A stretch of DNA of 63,624 bases, filler included, from Basidiobolus meristosporus CBS 931.73 (taxonomy: Eukaryota > Fungi > Basidiobolomycota): NCBI GenBank assembly GCA_002104905.1. It is 4 parts of 4 records of this genome, joined end to end, with 100 filler letters (N's around TTAATTAATTAA, not from the genome) between each part and the next. Parts side by side here need not be neighbours in the genome. Positions count along the whole stretch, not along the records: positions 12,924 to 41,362 come from MCFE01000882.1; positions 41,463 to 51,577 come from MCFE01001309.1; 2 more parts are not named here. One strand, 5' to 3'. This document shows, in pieces, positions 38,155-49,678 of the stretch. The notes beneath the pieces are model-generated. The model was given only the letters and a program-made list of their open reading frames with translations. It was not told the DNA's origin and searched no databases. The position numbers and the translations under genes were made by a program. Within the stretch, counting starts at the first letter, position 1; each line of letters begins with the position of its first letter.

Positions 38155-39078
38155 TCACTGATTTGCAATGGCTTGATTTGGATTGCAAAAAAAATGGGTT
38201 GTTGGGATCATTACAAATGTGAGTGATTCAAAGCAATTGCACCATCTTCTCCTGGGTTTTTTTCTCACAGGGATTACTACTGAAGCATTTGGTAGTGACT
38301 CACTTTGCACACCTATACTACTTCCTGGCTGACTATCATCTAGGCTACTTGTGTATTTGTAGTTAGTAATTTGCCTCCTAGCTGATGAGTGCAATGCTGC
38401 AGCTTGGCCACGCTGAATTGCTCCGACTGAACCAACTGAACTGGCCTGTAGTGCCATGCGCTGATGCATTCTTTTACTTGCCAAGGGCTCCGGTGGTTGA
38501 GGCACTTCATGTTGGTCATCATCAGTCAGTTCACCCAAAGTAACTTGCTGATGGTCAGGCAAAACGGCATGCGCAGGCGCGCCTTGACGCGCTGAGATGG
38601 CCCTTGGCTGAGTTTGATGTGATGCTGCATGTTGATGCAACTTGGTCCGCTCCAATGGACTTGTGTCTAAATAAGCAGTTTAGCAAGTTCTCATAGTTTT
38701 GCTCTGAAGCGCACGCGTTGACCCAACGTGTGTTGACTCAATGTGCATTGATTTGATGCGGGGCGTTCTGGTAAAGGATGTTGGCATGGTCTGGACTGAC
38801 CTGCACCGGCACGCTGTGGTTGCAAGAGATGGTAGGGAATCCAGCAAGGCATGCTGGCGTGATCTGAACAATGTTGCTTGCGGTCTGTATTCTTCCTTCT
38901 GAAGCTCACCATCTGATTCCTCAAGGTATTCACTTACCCTCAGTCTGATACTTTGGAGCTGTTGCCTGGATGAGTCCTGTGTATATTGCTCTTGGAAGCC
39001 ACTTAGCTCTACTAATATATCACATAGTGCATTAGTCATTTGAGGCAAAAACTCATTCAAAATCTCTTTGGTTCCCAA
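38155..39078 (-). pseudogene. Unknown ORF with one in-frame premature stop (38680-38682); probably extends upstream to ~39500
   Basis: ORFs 38680..39078 and 38155..38655 are in the same frame. The region is CpG-rich. No family recognised. Confidence 0.45.
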
Positions 39079-39863
39079 AGTTGAGGCACAAATGGATGCG
39101 TCCGGCCCATACTGTGCAAATTGCGCGCAAAATTGTTACCGCGCGGCTTCTTCATTGAATCCCCTCACTCTCAGCTCATTCTTGATTTCAATACTTGTCT
39201 TGTTATATATCTTCTTACATACATTGGCTGGCATCTTGATGTAGAACTCATGCCACAGCTTTCTACTAAAATTCTTCTATCTTTGTCAACTCTCTGAGGT
39301 ATCTAGTTCTGCTAGATTAATCAGTAGTGCCAAAATATCTGTATGAAGACTCATCATAGACACTTGGGCCATACTAAAATCATTTGGCAAGAACTTGAAT
39401 GGATCCAACATTGACTTTTCCGGTCCAGACTGTGCTTGTGAGCTGGGGGATGGGTTTTGTCTGGGTTGTGCTAAAGATGAGTTGAGGCTTGGTATGGGGA
39501 CCATAGCAACGGATTTGGATACTTATACAGCAGTATATTGGCATCAACCTGGTCTTATATGAAGTATATATGAAAACTAATATGATTGTTGAATTTTCCA
39601 TATATTATGCATGATGCATCTTGGATCGCATTGACACAGATCAGATCACATCAATTGCAGATTTCCTATTTGATTATAGACTTATGATTAAAGCATCAAC
39701 AAAAGTACCAAGGCATTGTTTGCGGATGATTTTTGCGACATAATGATGGGATACATGGCAATTGATGGAGATTTAACCATAATGTATTAAAAATCAGATA
39801 AATAACGCAGATTGCACCAAATAGATTCAAACCACCTCCATACAGTTACCCACCAGTTTTAAT

Positions 39864-40208
39864 ATGACTTACTCATCTGAATGGTCTTTTCTCATCAATC
39901 CCATCACTACCACTGGATTTTCTTTTGACACACTAGAGGAGATCTATTCCAAGTACTGTGGACCATCAACCCCAATCTACTCAAGGGGATCCCTTGTTAA
40001 GCTTCTCTGCTATTACAAGAACTATTGCCCTACAAGGTTTCATCCCACCATCCATGGCAACAAAAGTCCTAGAAGCTTTCATTCCCAGCTGAAAGCAATG
40101 GAGAACCACCTTGCAGAGGGTATGAATGACTTAGAGCAAGCTTGGAATACTAGGTTCAGAAGCTCCAATAGACTTCCATATCCCAGAGTGTTCAGCAACA
40201 GGTTCTGA
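39864..40208 (+). pseudogene. Possible N-terminal HTH part of a PIF/Harbinger/ISL2EU-like transposase
   Basis: The pattern TGFSF..LEEIY...LVKLLCYYKNY...G.KS..SF resembles that family's N-terminus. No DDE domain is visible. Confidence 0.4.
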
Positions 40209-40514
40209 TGTGTTGTATTATGATTAGTTTGGGGCTTGTTCTGCAATGTAGAGGCTAATCAACAATATACAACAACTTCCAGTATGCTAATACTGAAATA
40301 GTTTAATGGGAGTTTGATATACCAATGAAGATATAACTTTCACTAATTTCCTCACTCTTGGGCTCAAAATATACTGTGGGCAGTGTTTATCACTTCTACA
40401 GCAGTGTTCTGACCTTCTGTCAACTAACGGGCCTATTTACTTTTATAGTAACTTTTCCTTATTTGGAAGTCACTTTCCTTTCTGAGAAAATATTTCCTAA
40501 TATGGAAATTCTGA

Positions 40515-40757
40515 ACCCCCCTTTAACCTAAAGGGGTGTGTTGTAGAAGTCTCTAAAGGGGTCTTTAGACCTAAAGGGGTGTCTAAAGGGGTGTCTTTAG
40601 AGTAAAGGGGCTTCTTGAAGTGGTCTCTAAAGTGGACTTTACACTAAAGGGGTACCTAAAGGGGCTTCTTTAGAGTAAAGGGGTTTCTTAAAGGGGTCTC
40701 TAAAGGGTCTTTAGACTAAAGGGGTGTCTTTAGAGTAAAGGGGTTTCTTAGAGGGGA
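40515..40757. repeat. TAAAGGGG/CTTTAG minisatellite
   Basis: About a dozen TAAAGGG(G) motifs interleaved with the complementary CTTTAG. Confidence 0.85.
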
Positions 40758-41362
40758 CTTTTCCGACAGAAAAGTGGTAGTTTCTTGTAGAATTTAGATT
40801 GGATTCTTGTGAGCTTTGCAGTCTCTTTACTGATGTAGTACTGATCAAAGTCAGAATACTCAACAGTGCAAGTGATGCAGGGGAAGTCTCATTACCTTTA
40901 AACTTGTAATCATAGTGTGGAGATTCTGGAAAGAGAGGCTCTCTCTTTATTTTTCAGCTGGGAAGTCATATATATGAAAATTTTGAAGGATCAAAGTTTT
41001 TGGCAATTGCGCAAGCAATACACGTGATACGAAGCTAAAATTTTGCAGTGGCGCAGATCGGACATAGGCACAGCACCTGTGAAAATTTCATGTGATTTGA
41101 TTGGCTGGTTCAAACGTTACACGCGATCAAAGTCACCATAGTAGATCCTAGCAATAAGGCATAGATATATATAATAGTTGGACTCTTTTGTCATAACTCC
41201 TTAAGTACTGCTTCAAAATGTGCTCTAATTTGAAACATGTGTTGGCTACTACGTGTTCTATATGACATTAATATTCTTGGGTGGATTGCTTGTCAGGGTC
41301 TGGAGCATTTGCTCTTCAAAGTTGGAAATTCTTGATCTTTCTCTTGTGTGTTACAATAGCAA

Positions 41363-41462
41363 NNNNNNNNNNNNNNNNNNNNNNNNNNNNNNNNNNNNNN
41401 NNNNNNTTAATTAATTAANNNNNNNNNNNNNNNNNNNNNNNNNNNNNNNNNNNNNNNNNNNN
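41363..41462. other. Artificial contig linker
   Basis: N44-TTAATTAATTAA-N44. Confidence 0.97.
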
Positions 41463-44400
41463 GGTAGTGTCGCCTGAGTGCTCCAACGAGCTGCTAGTCT
41501 GAGTAGACTTGTGGGTCTCGTGAGAAGAGGCAACGGAGTGCTTAGTGGAGCTAGCAGACTCAGTTGGCTTGTGTGTCTCGTGAGCAATGTCGCTGGATTG
41601 CTTCAATGAGCTGGAAGCCTCGGTAGGCTTATGGGGCTCGTCTGAAGAGGTAACGGAGTGCTTCATGGAGCTAGAGGACTCGTTGGCTTGTGTGTCTCGT
41701 GAGTTGTGTCACTTGAGTGCTTCAACGAGCTGCTAGTCTGAGCAGACTCGAGAGTTTCGTGGGAAGAGGCAACAGAGTGCATCGTGGGGTGGGCAGACTC
41801 GGTTGGGTTGTGGGTCTCGTGAGCAATGTCGCCTGAGTGCTTCAGCGAACTGCTAGTCTCAGCAGACTTGTGGGTCTGGTGAGAAGAGGCAACAGTGTGC
41901 TTCGTGAAGTGGGCAGATTCGGTTGGGTTGTGAGTCTCGTGAGTAAGGTTGCTGGAGTGCTTCGATGAACTGGCAGCCTCTGTCGGCTTGTGGGTTTCGT
42001 GAGAAGAGGCAATGGAGTGCTTCGTGGAGCTAGCAGACTCGGTTGGCTTGTGTGTCTCGTGAGTAGCATTACTGGGGTGCTTCAATGAACTGGAAGCCTC
42101 GGTAGGCTTATGGGTTTCGTGGGAAGAGGCAACAGAGTGCTTAGTAGGACTAGCAGACTCGGCAGGCTTGTGGGACTCGTGAGATGAGGTGCTGGAGTGG
42201 TTCATGGAACTAGCAGACTCAGTAGACTTCTGGATCGCATGGATAGAGGTACTGGAATGCTTCAACGAGCTGCTTGTCTCAGCAGACTTGTGAGTCACGT
42301 GCGCAGGACTACTGGAGTGCTTCAAGGAACTGGGAATCTCAGTAGACTTGTGGGACTCCTGGGACGAGGCAATTGAGTGCTTAGTTGAACTGTCTGACTC
42401 GGTTGGCTTGTGAGTCTCGTGAGTAGTGTCACTGGAGAGCTTCACAGTACTGACTGACTCGGTTGGCTTATGTGCCTCGTGAGTAGCGTCGCTAGTGTGC
42501 TTCAATGAGCTACTAGTCTCAGTAGACTCGTGGGACGAGGCTAAGGAGTGCACCGAAGGAATGGCAGACTTGGTTGGCTTGTGGGTCTCGTGAGTAATGC
42601 TACTGGAGTGCTTCAAGACGCTGCTAGTCTCCATTGACTTGTAGGTCTCGTGGGAAGAAAGAACGGAGTACTTCGTGGAACTAACTGACTCGGTAAGCTT
42701 GGGAGTCTCCTGAGTAGAGGCAATAGAGCGCTTGAATGAGCTGCTTGACAGAGTAGGCTTGTGTGTCTCGTGAGTATTGTCACGGGAGTGCTTCGTGGAA
42801 ATCGCAGACTCGGTAGGCTTGTGAGTATCCTGGGTCGTGTCATTGGAGTGCCTGATGGTACTGGCAGACTCGGTTGGCTTGTGGGTCTCGTGAGTAGAGT
42901 CACTGGAGGGCTTGACTACGCTGCTAGACTCAGTGGGCCTGTGGGCCTTGTGGGTAGAGGCACTGGAATGCTTCAAGTAGCTGGTAGACTCAGTAGGCTT
43001 GTGGTGCTTGTCAGTCGAAGCACTAGAATGCTTCACGGAGTTCGCACTCTCAGTGGGCTTGTGAATCTCGGCAGTGGAAACACTGGAATGCTTGGAGCTG
43101 ACAGACTCGATTGGCTTGTGGCTCTCGAGAGCAGAAGCACTGGAATGCTTCAAAGAGCTGGCAGACTCAGTGGTCTTGTGAATCTCGGTAGTGGGAACAC
43201 TGGAATGCTTGGAGCTGTAAGACTCGATTGGCTTGTGGCTCTCGGGGGTAGAAGTGCTGGAATGCTTCACGGAGCTGGTAGACTCAGTGGGCTTATGGTT
43301 CTTGTCAGTGGAAGCACTAGAATGCTTAACGGAGTTGTTACTCTCAGTGGGCTTGTGAATCTCGGCAGTGGAAACACTGGAATGCTTGGAGCTGTCAGAC
43401 TCGATTGGCTTTTGGCTCTCGAGAGCAGAAGCACTGGAATGCTTCAAAGAGCTGGCAGACTCAGTGATCTTGTGAATCTCGGTAGTGGAAACACTGGAAT
43501 GCCTGAAGGAGCTGGTAGACTCAGTGGGCTTGTGGTGCTTGTCAGTCGAAGCACTAGAATGCTTCACGGAGTTCGCACTCTCAGTGGGCTTGTGAATCTT
43601 GGCAGTGGAAACACCGGAATGCTTGGAGCTGACAGACTCGATTGGCTTGTGGCTCTCGAGAGCAGAAGCACTGGAATGCTTCAAAGAGCTGGCAGACTCA
43701 GTGATCTTGTGAATCTCGGTAGTGGAGACACTGGAATGCTTGGAGCTGTAAGACTCGATTGGCTTGTGGCTCTCGAGAGTAGAAGTACTGGAATGCTTCA
43801 AGGAGCTGGCAGACTCAGTAGTCTTGTGAATCTCGGTAGTGGAAACACTGGAATGCTTGGTGGAGCTGGTAGACTCAGTGGGCTTGTGGTGCTTGTCAGT
43901 CGAAGCACTAGAATGCTTCACGGAGTTCGCACTCTCAGTGGACTTGTGAACCTCGACAGTGGAAACACTGGAATGCTTGGGGCTGACAGACTCGATTGGC
44001 TTGTGGATCTCGAGAGTAGAAGTACTGAAATGCTTCAAGGAGCTGGAAGACTCAGTGGTCTTGTGGGTCTCGGCAGTGGAAACAATGGAATGCTTGGAGG
44101 AGCTGGTAGACTCAGTGGGCTTGTGGTGATTGTCAGTCGAAGCACTAGAATGCTTCAAGGAGCTGGGAGACTCAGTGGTGTTGTGAGTCTCGGCGGTGGA
44201 TATACTGGAATGCTTGGAGGAGATGTCTGACTCGATTGGCTTGTGACTCTCGAGAGTAGAAGTGCTAGAATGCTCCAAGGAGCTGGTAGACTCAGTAGGC
44301 TTGTGGTGCTTGTCAGTCGAAGCACTAGAATGCTTCACGGAGTTCGCACTCTCAGTGGGCTTGTGAATCTCGGCAGTGGAAACACTGGAATGCTTGGAGC

Positions 44401-47400
44401 TGACAGAGTCGATTGGCTTGTGGCTCTCAAGAGCAGAAGCACTGGAATGCTTCAAGGAGCTGGAAGACTCAGTGGTCTTGTGAGTCTCGGCAGTGGAAAC
44501 AGTGGAATGCTTGGAGGAGCTGGTAGACTCAGTGGGCTTGTGGTGCTTGTCAGTGGAAGCACTAGAATGCTTAACGGAGTTGTTACTCTCAGTGGGCTTG
44601 TGAATCTCGGCAGTGGAAACACTGGAATGCTTGGAGGAGCTGGTAGACTCAGTGGGCTTGTGGTGCTTGTCAGTGGAAGCACTAGAATGCTTAACAGAGT
44701 TGTTACTCTCAGTGGGCTTGTGAACCTCGGCAGTGAAAACACTGGAATGCTTGGAGGAGCTGGTAGACTCAGTGGGCTTGTGGTGCTTGTCAGTGGATGC
44801 ACTAGAATGCTTCACGGAGTTGTTACTCTCAGTGGGCTTGTGAATCTCGGCAGTGGAAACACTGGAATGCTTGGAGCTGTCAGACTCGATTGGCTTGTGA
44901 CTCTCGGGAGCAGAAGCACTGGAATGCTTCAAAGAGCTGGCAGACTCAGTGGTCTTGTGAGTTTCGGTAGTGGAAACTATGGAATGCTTGGAGGAGCTGG
45001 TAGACTCAGTGGGCTTGTGGTGCTTGTCAGTCGAAGCGCTAGAATGCTTCATGGAGTTCGCACTCTCAGTGGGCTTGAGAATCTCGGCAGTGGAAACACT
45101 GGAATGCTTGGAGGAGCTGATTGACTCAGTGGGCTTGTGGTGATTGTCAGTCGAAGCACTAGAATGCTTCAAGGAGCTGGCAGACTCAGTGGTGTTGTGA
45201 GTCTCGGCAGTGGAAGCACTGGAAAGCTTGGAGGGGATGTCAGACTCGATTGGCTTGTGACTCTCGAGAGTAGAAGTGCTGGAATGCTTTAAGGAGCTGG
45301 TAGACTCAGTGGGCTTGTGGTGCTTGTCAGTGGATGCACTAGAATGCTTCACGGAGTTGTTACTCTCAGTGGGCTTGTGAATCTCGGCAGTGGAAACACT
45401 GGAATGCTTGGAGCTGTCAGACTCGATTGGCTTGTGACTCTCGGGAGCAGAAGCACTGGAATGCTTCAAAGAGCTGGCAGACTCAGTGGTCTTGTGAGTT
45501 TCGGTAGTGGAAACTATGGAATGCTTTAAGGAGCTGGTTGACTCAGTGGGCTTGTGGTGCTTGTCAGTGGATGCACTAGAATGCCTCACGGAGTTCGCAC
45601 TCTCAGTGGGCTTGTGAATCTCGACAGTGGAAACACTGGAATGCTTGGGGTTGACAGACTCGATTGGCTTGTGGATCTCGAGAGTAGAAGTACTGGAATG
45701 CTTCAAGGAGCTGGAAGACTCAGTGGTTTTGTGAGTCTCGGCAGTGGAAACAGTGGAATGCTTGGAGGAGCTGGTAGACTCAGTGGGCTTGTGGTGCTTG
45801 TCAGTGGAAGCACTAGAATGCCTCACGGAGTTCGCACTCTCAGTGGGCTTGTGAATCTCGGCAGTGGAAACACTGGAATGCTTGGAGCTGTCAGACTCGA
45901 TTGGCTTGTGACTCTCGAAAGTAAATGTGCTGGAATGCTTCAAGGAGCTGTCAGACTCAGTGGTCTTGTGAACCTCAGCAGTGGAAACAATGGAATGCTT
46001 GGCGGAGCTGGTAGACTCGGTGGGCTTGTTGTGCTTGTCAGTGGAAGCGCTAGAATGCTTAACGGAGTTGTTACTCTCAGTGGGCTTGTGAATCTCGGCG
46101 GTGGAAACACTGGAATGCTTGGGGCTGACAGATTCGATTGGCTTATGGCTCTCGAGAGTAGAAGTACTGGAATGCTTCAAGGAGCTGGAAGACTCAGTGG
46201 TCTTGTGAGTCTCGGCAGTGGAAACAGTGGAATGCTTGGAGGAGCTGGTAGCCTCAGTGGGCTTGTGGTGCTTGTCAGTGGAAGCACTAGAATGCTTCAC
46301 GGAGTTTGCACTCTCAGTGGGCTTGTGAATCTCGGCAGTGGAAACACTGGAATGCTTGGAGCTGACAGACTCGATTGGCTTGTGGCTCTCCGGAGTAGAA
46401 ATACTGGAATGCTTCAAGGAGCTGGAAGACTCAGTGGTCTTGTGAGTCTCGGCAGTGGAAACAGTGGAATGCTTAACAGAGTTGTTACTCTCAGTGGGCT
46501 TGTGAATCTCGGCAGTGGAAACACTGGAATGCTTAGAGCTGTCAGACTCGATTGGCTTGTGGCTCTCGAGAGCAGAAGCACTGGAATGCTTCAAGGAGCT
46601 GGCAGACTCAGTGGTCATGTGAATCTCGGCAGTTGAAACACTGGAATGCTTGGAGGAGCTGGTTGACTCAGTGGGCTTGTGGTGCTTATCAGTGGATGCA
46701 CTAGAATGCTTCACGGAGTTCGCACTCTCAGTGGGCTTGTGAATCTCGGCAGTGGAAACACTGGAATGCTTGGAGGAGCTGGTAGATTCAGTGGGCTTGT
46801 GGTGCTTGTCAGTAGAAGCGCTAGAATGCTTAACGGAGTTGTTACTCTCAGTGGGCTTGTGAATCTCGGCAGTGGAAACACTTGAATGCTTGGAGCTGTC
46901 AGACTCGATTGGCTTGTGGCTCCCGAGAGCAGAAGCACTGGAATGCTTCAAGGAGCTGGTAGACTCAGTGGACCTGTGGTGTTTGTCAGCGGAAGCACTA
47001 GAATGCTTCACGGAGTTTGCACTCTCAGTGGGCTTGTGAATCTCGGCAGTGGAAACACTGGAATGCTTGGAGCTGTCAGGCTCGATTGGCCTTTGGCTCT
47101 CGAGAGTAGAAGTGCCCGAATGCTTCACGGAGCTGGCAGACTCAGCAGTGTTGTGAGTCTCGGCAGTGGAAACACTGGAATGCTTGGAGGAGATGTCAGA
47201 TTCGATTGGCTTGTGGCTCTCGAGAGTAGAGGTGCTAGAATGCTCCAAGGAGCTGGTAGACTCAGTGGGCTGGTGGTGCTTGTCAGTCGAAGCACTAGAA
47301 TGCTTCACGGAGTTCGCACTCTCAGTGGGCTTGTGAATCTCGGCAGTGGAAACACTGGAATGCTTGGAGCTGACAGACTCGGTTGGCTTGTGGCTCTCGA

Positions 47401-49678
47401 GAGTAGAAGTACCGGAATGCTTCAAGGAGCTGGCAGACTCAGTGGTCTTGTGAGCCTCAGCAGTGGAAACAATGGAACGCTTGGAGGAGCTGGTAGACTC
47501 AGTGGGCTTGTGGCGCTTGTCAGTGGATGCACTAGAACGCTTAACGGAGTTGTTACTCTCAGTGGGCTTGTGAATCTCGGCAGTGGAAACGCTGGAATGC
47601 TTGGAGCTGTCAGACTCGTTTGGCTTGTGGCTCTCGGGGGTAGAAGTGCTGGAATGCTTCACGGAGCTGGTAGACTCAGTGGGCTTATGGTTCTTGTCAG
47701 TGGATGCACTAGAATGCTTAATGGAGTTGTTACTCTCAGTGGGCTTGTGAATCTCGGCAGTGAAAACACTGGTGTGCTTGGAGGAGCTGTCAGACTCGGT
47801 TGGCTTGTGGCTCTCGAGAGTAGAAACGGTGGAATGCTTCAAGGAGCTGGAAGGCTCACTTGTCTTGTGGTTTTTGTCGGTGGAAACACCAGAATGCTTC
47901 ACAGAGTTCTCACTCTCAGTGGGCTTGCGGCTCTCGAGAGTAGCAGTAACAGAATGCTTTAAGGAGCTGGCAGACTCAGTAAGCTTGTGGCTCTCGACAG
48001 TAGAAACGCTGGAATGCTTCAAGGAGCTGGTAGGCTCACTGGACTGGTGGCTCTCGTCAGTGGAAGCACTGGAACGCTTCACGGAGGTGTCACTCTTAGT
48101 AGGCTTGTGACTCTCATGAGTAAAAGTACTGGAATGCTTCAGAGAGCTAGTAGACTCAGTAGGCTTGTGGCTCTCCAAAATATCAGTGTTGGAATGCTTG
48201 GTGGAGCTGACAGATCCAGTAGACTTTAGGCTCTTGTGAGTAGAGGCGCCAGAATGCTTCAAGGAGCTGATAGACCCAGTGGGCTTGTGGCTCTCCTCAG
48301 TGGAAGCGCTGGAATGCTTTGAGGAGCTGGCAGACTCGGTGGACTGATGACTCTCGTGAGTAGAAGAACTAGAGTGCTTCGAGGGGCTGGTAGACTCGGT
48401 AGGCTTATGGCTCTTGAGAGTAGAAGTGGTGAAATGCTTCAAGGAGGTGACACTCTTGATAGGCGTGTGGCTTTCGTCGGTAGAGACGCTGGATTGCATC
48501 GAGAAGCTGACAGTGGATGCACTAGAATGCTTAATGGAGTTGTTACTCTCAGTGGGCTTGTGAATCTCGGCAGTGGAAACACTGGAATGCTTGGAGCTGT
48601 CAGACTCGATTGGCTTGTGGCTCTCCGGAGTAGAAATACTGGAATGCTTCAAGGAGCTGGAAGACTCAGTGGTCTTGTGAGTCTCGGCAGTGGAAACAGT
48701 GGAATGCTTCAAGGAGCTGGTCGACTCATTGGGCTTGTGGACCTCGCCAGGAGAAGAACTCGATTGCTTGGAGGAGCTGGATGAATCAGTAGACTTATGG
48801 GTTTCTGATGGAGTGTCACTCGAATTATTCAAGGAGTTGGCAGACTCAGAGAACTTGTGGCTCTCGTTGGTAGAAGCTTCAGAAGGCTTGGAAGAAGTGG
48901 CGGATTCTGTAACCTTGTGGCTTTGGACTGGAGTGCCGCTATTATATTTAATGCTTTCTAATGGTGTGACCCCAGTATAATTCGTAGCGCTGGTAGGCTC
49001 AATGGATCTGTGGCTCTCCACTGGAATGGCGCTGGTAGTGGTTACACGAATAGATTCCATGTTACCACTTTGCGAGATGGGAGTAGACTTGGTAGCATCA
49101 GAAGGGTTATTTTCTGATGTCATACTACCGCTACCTTTTGAATCATCAGATTTTGTCATCTCTGGGATTTTTGAGTTACCACTCTCCGGACGATCTGTTT
49201 TCTTTATTGTAGCAGTTTCTGTTTCCGTGGTTTTTACTGTAGCGACAGTGTGTGATGTGTCAGTGGTTCTTATCGTGTCAGTTTCCTTGGCGACAGATGT
49301 TACGACAGCAGTTTTGGTTATTTCGTCTGTAGCAAATGTATGCTCGGTAGCAGTGGCAGTTGTGTGAACTGTATCTATGACTCTTGCGGTAGCCTTAACG
49401 GTTTTCACAGCCTCATCGGTGTGAGTTACAGTTTTCTTCAGCAAGTCAGTGGCTTTAACGGTAGCTGTTGTCTTCACCGTGTTCAACACCTTGAGTGTGT
49501 CTGTTACCATCGCAGTGTCAGTCTCCTCTACCGTGTTGATTGCATTCACAGTATGAGTAACATTGATTATCCTGGTGTCGTTGGCCATGGAGGATCCGCT
49601 CTTGACCGGAGCTGCCTCTACAGCCGAAACCGCGGCTGTAATGGCAATGCTGGCCAAAAGGGATTTTGTTAGACGCAT
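41463..49678 (-). CDS. Giant secreted Ser/Thr/His/Lys-rich repeat protein (mucin/adhesin-like), >2700 aa, 3' end lost in the gap
   Basis: Signal-peptide-like N-terminus MRLTKSLLASIAITAAVSAVEA-APVK and an 8-kb uninterrupted ORF of 19-20-aa repeats. The stop at 41663 follows a 1-bp deletion near 41682 (ccaacgagt vs ccaaccgagt), and repeats continue in ORF 41415..41666. Confidence 0.88.

Noticed and set aside
41663-41690. Apparent C-terminus ...HKPTSPLAP* of the giant protein
   Set aside because: A 1-bp deletion relative to the repeat consensus, ~200 bp from the contig end. Repeats continue in another frame, so it is probably a sequencing error.
42950-48300. CRISPR-like regular repeats
   Set aside because: Coding tandem repeats in a eukaryotic ORF, with no unique spacers or cas genes.
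42761-48784. Long + strand ORFs (up to 489 aa, GMLGGAGRLSG repeats)
   Set aside because: Antisense shadows of the Ser/Thr/His repeat ORF, arising because its codon usage lacks reverse-complement stops.
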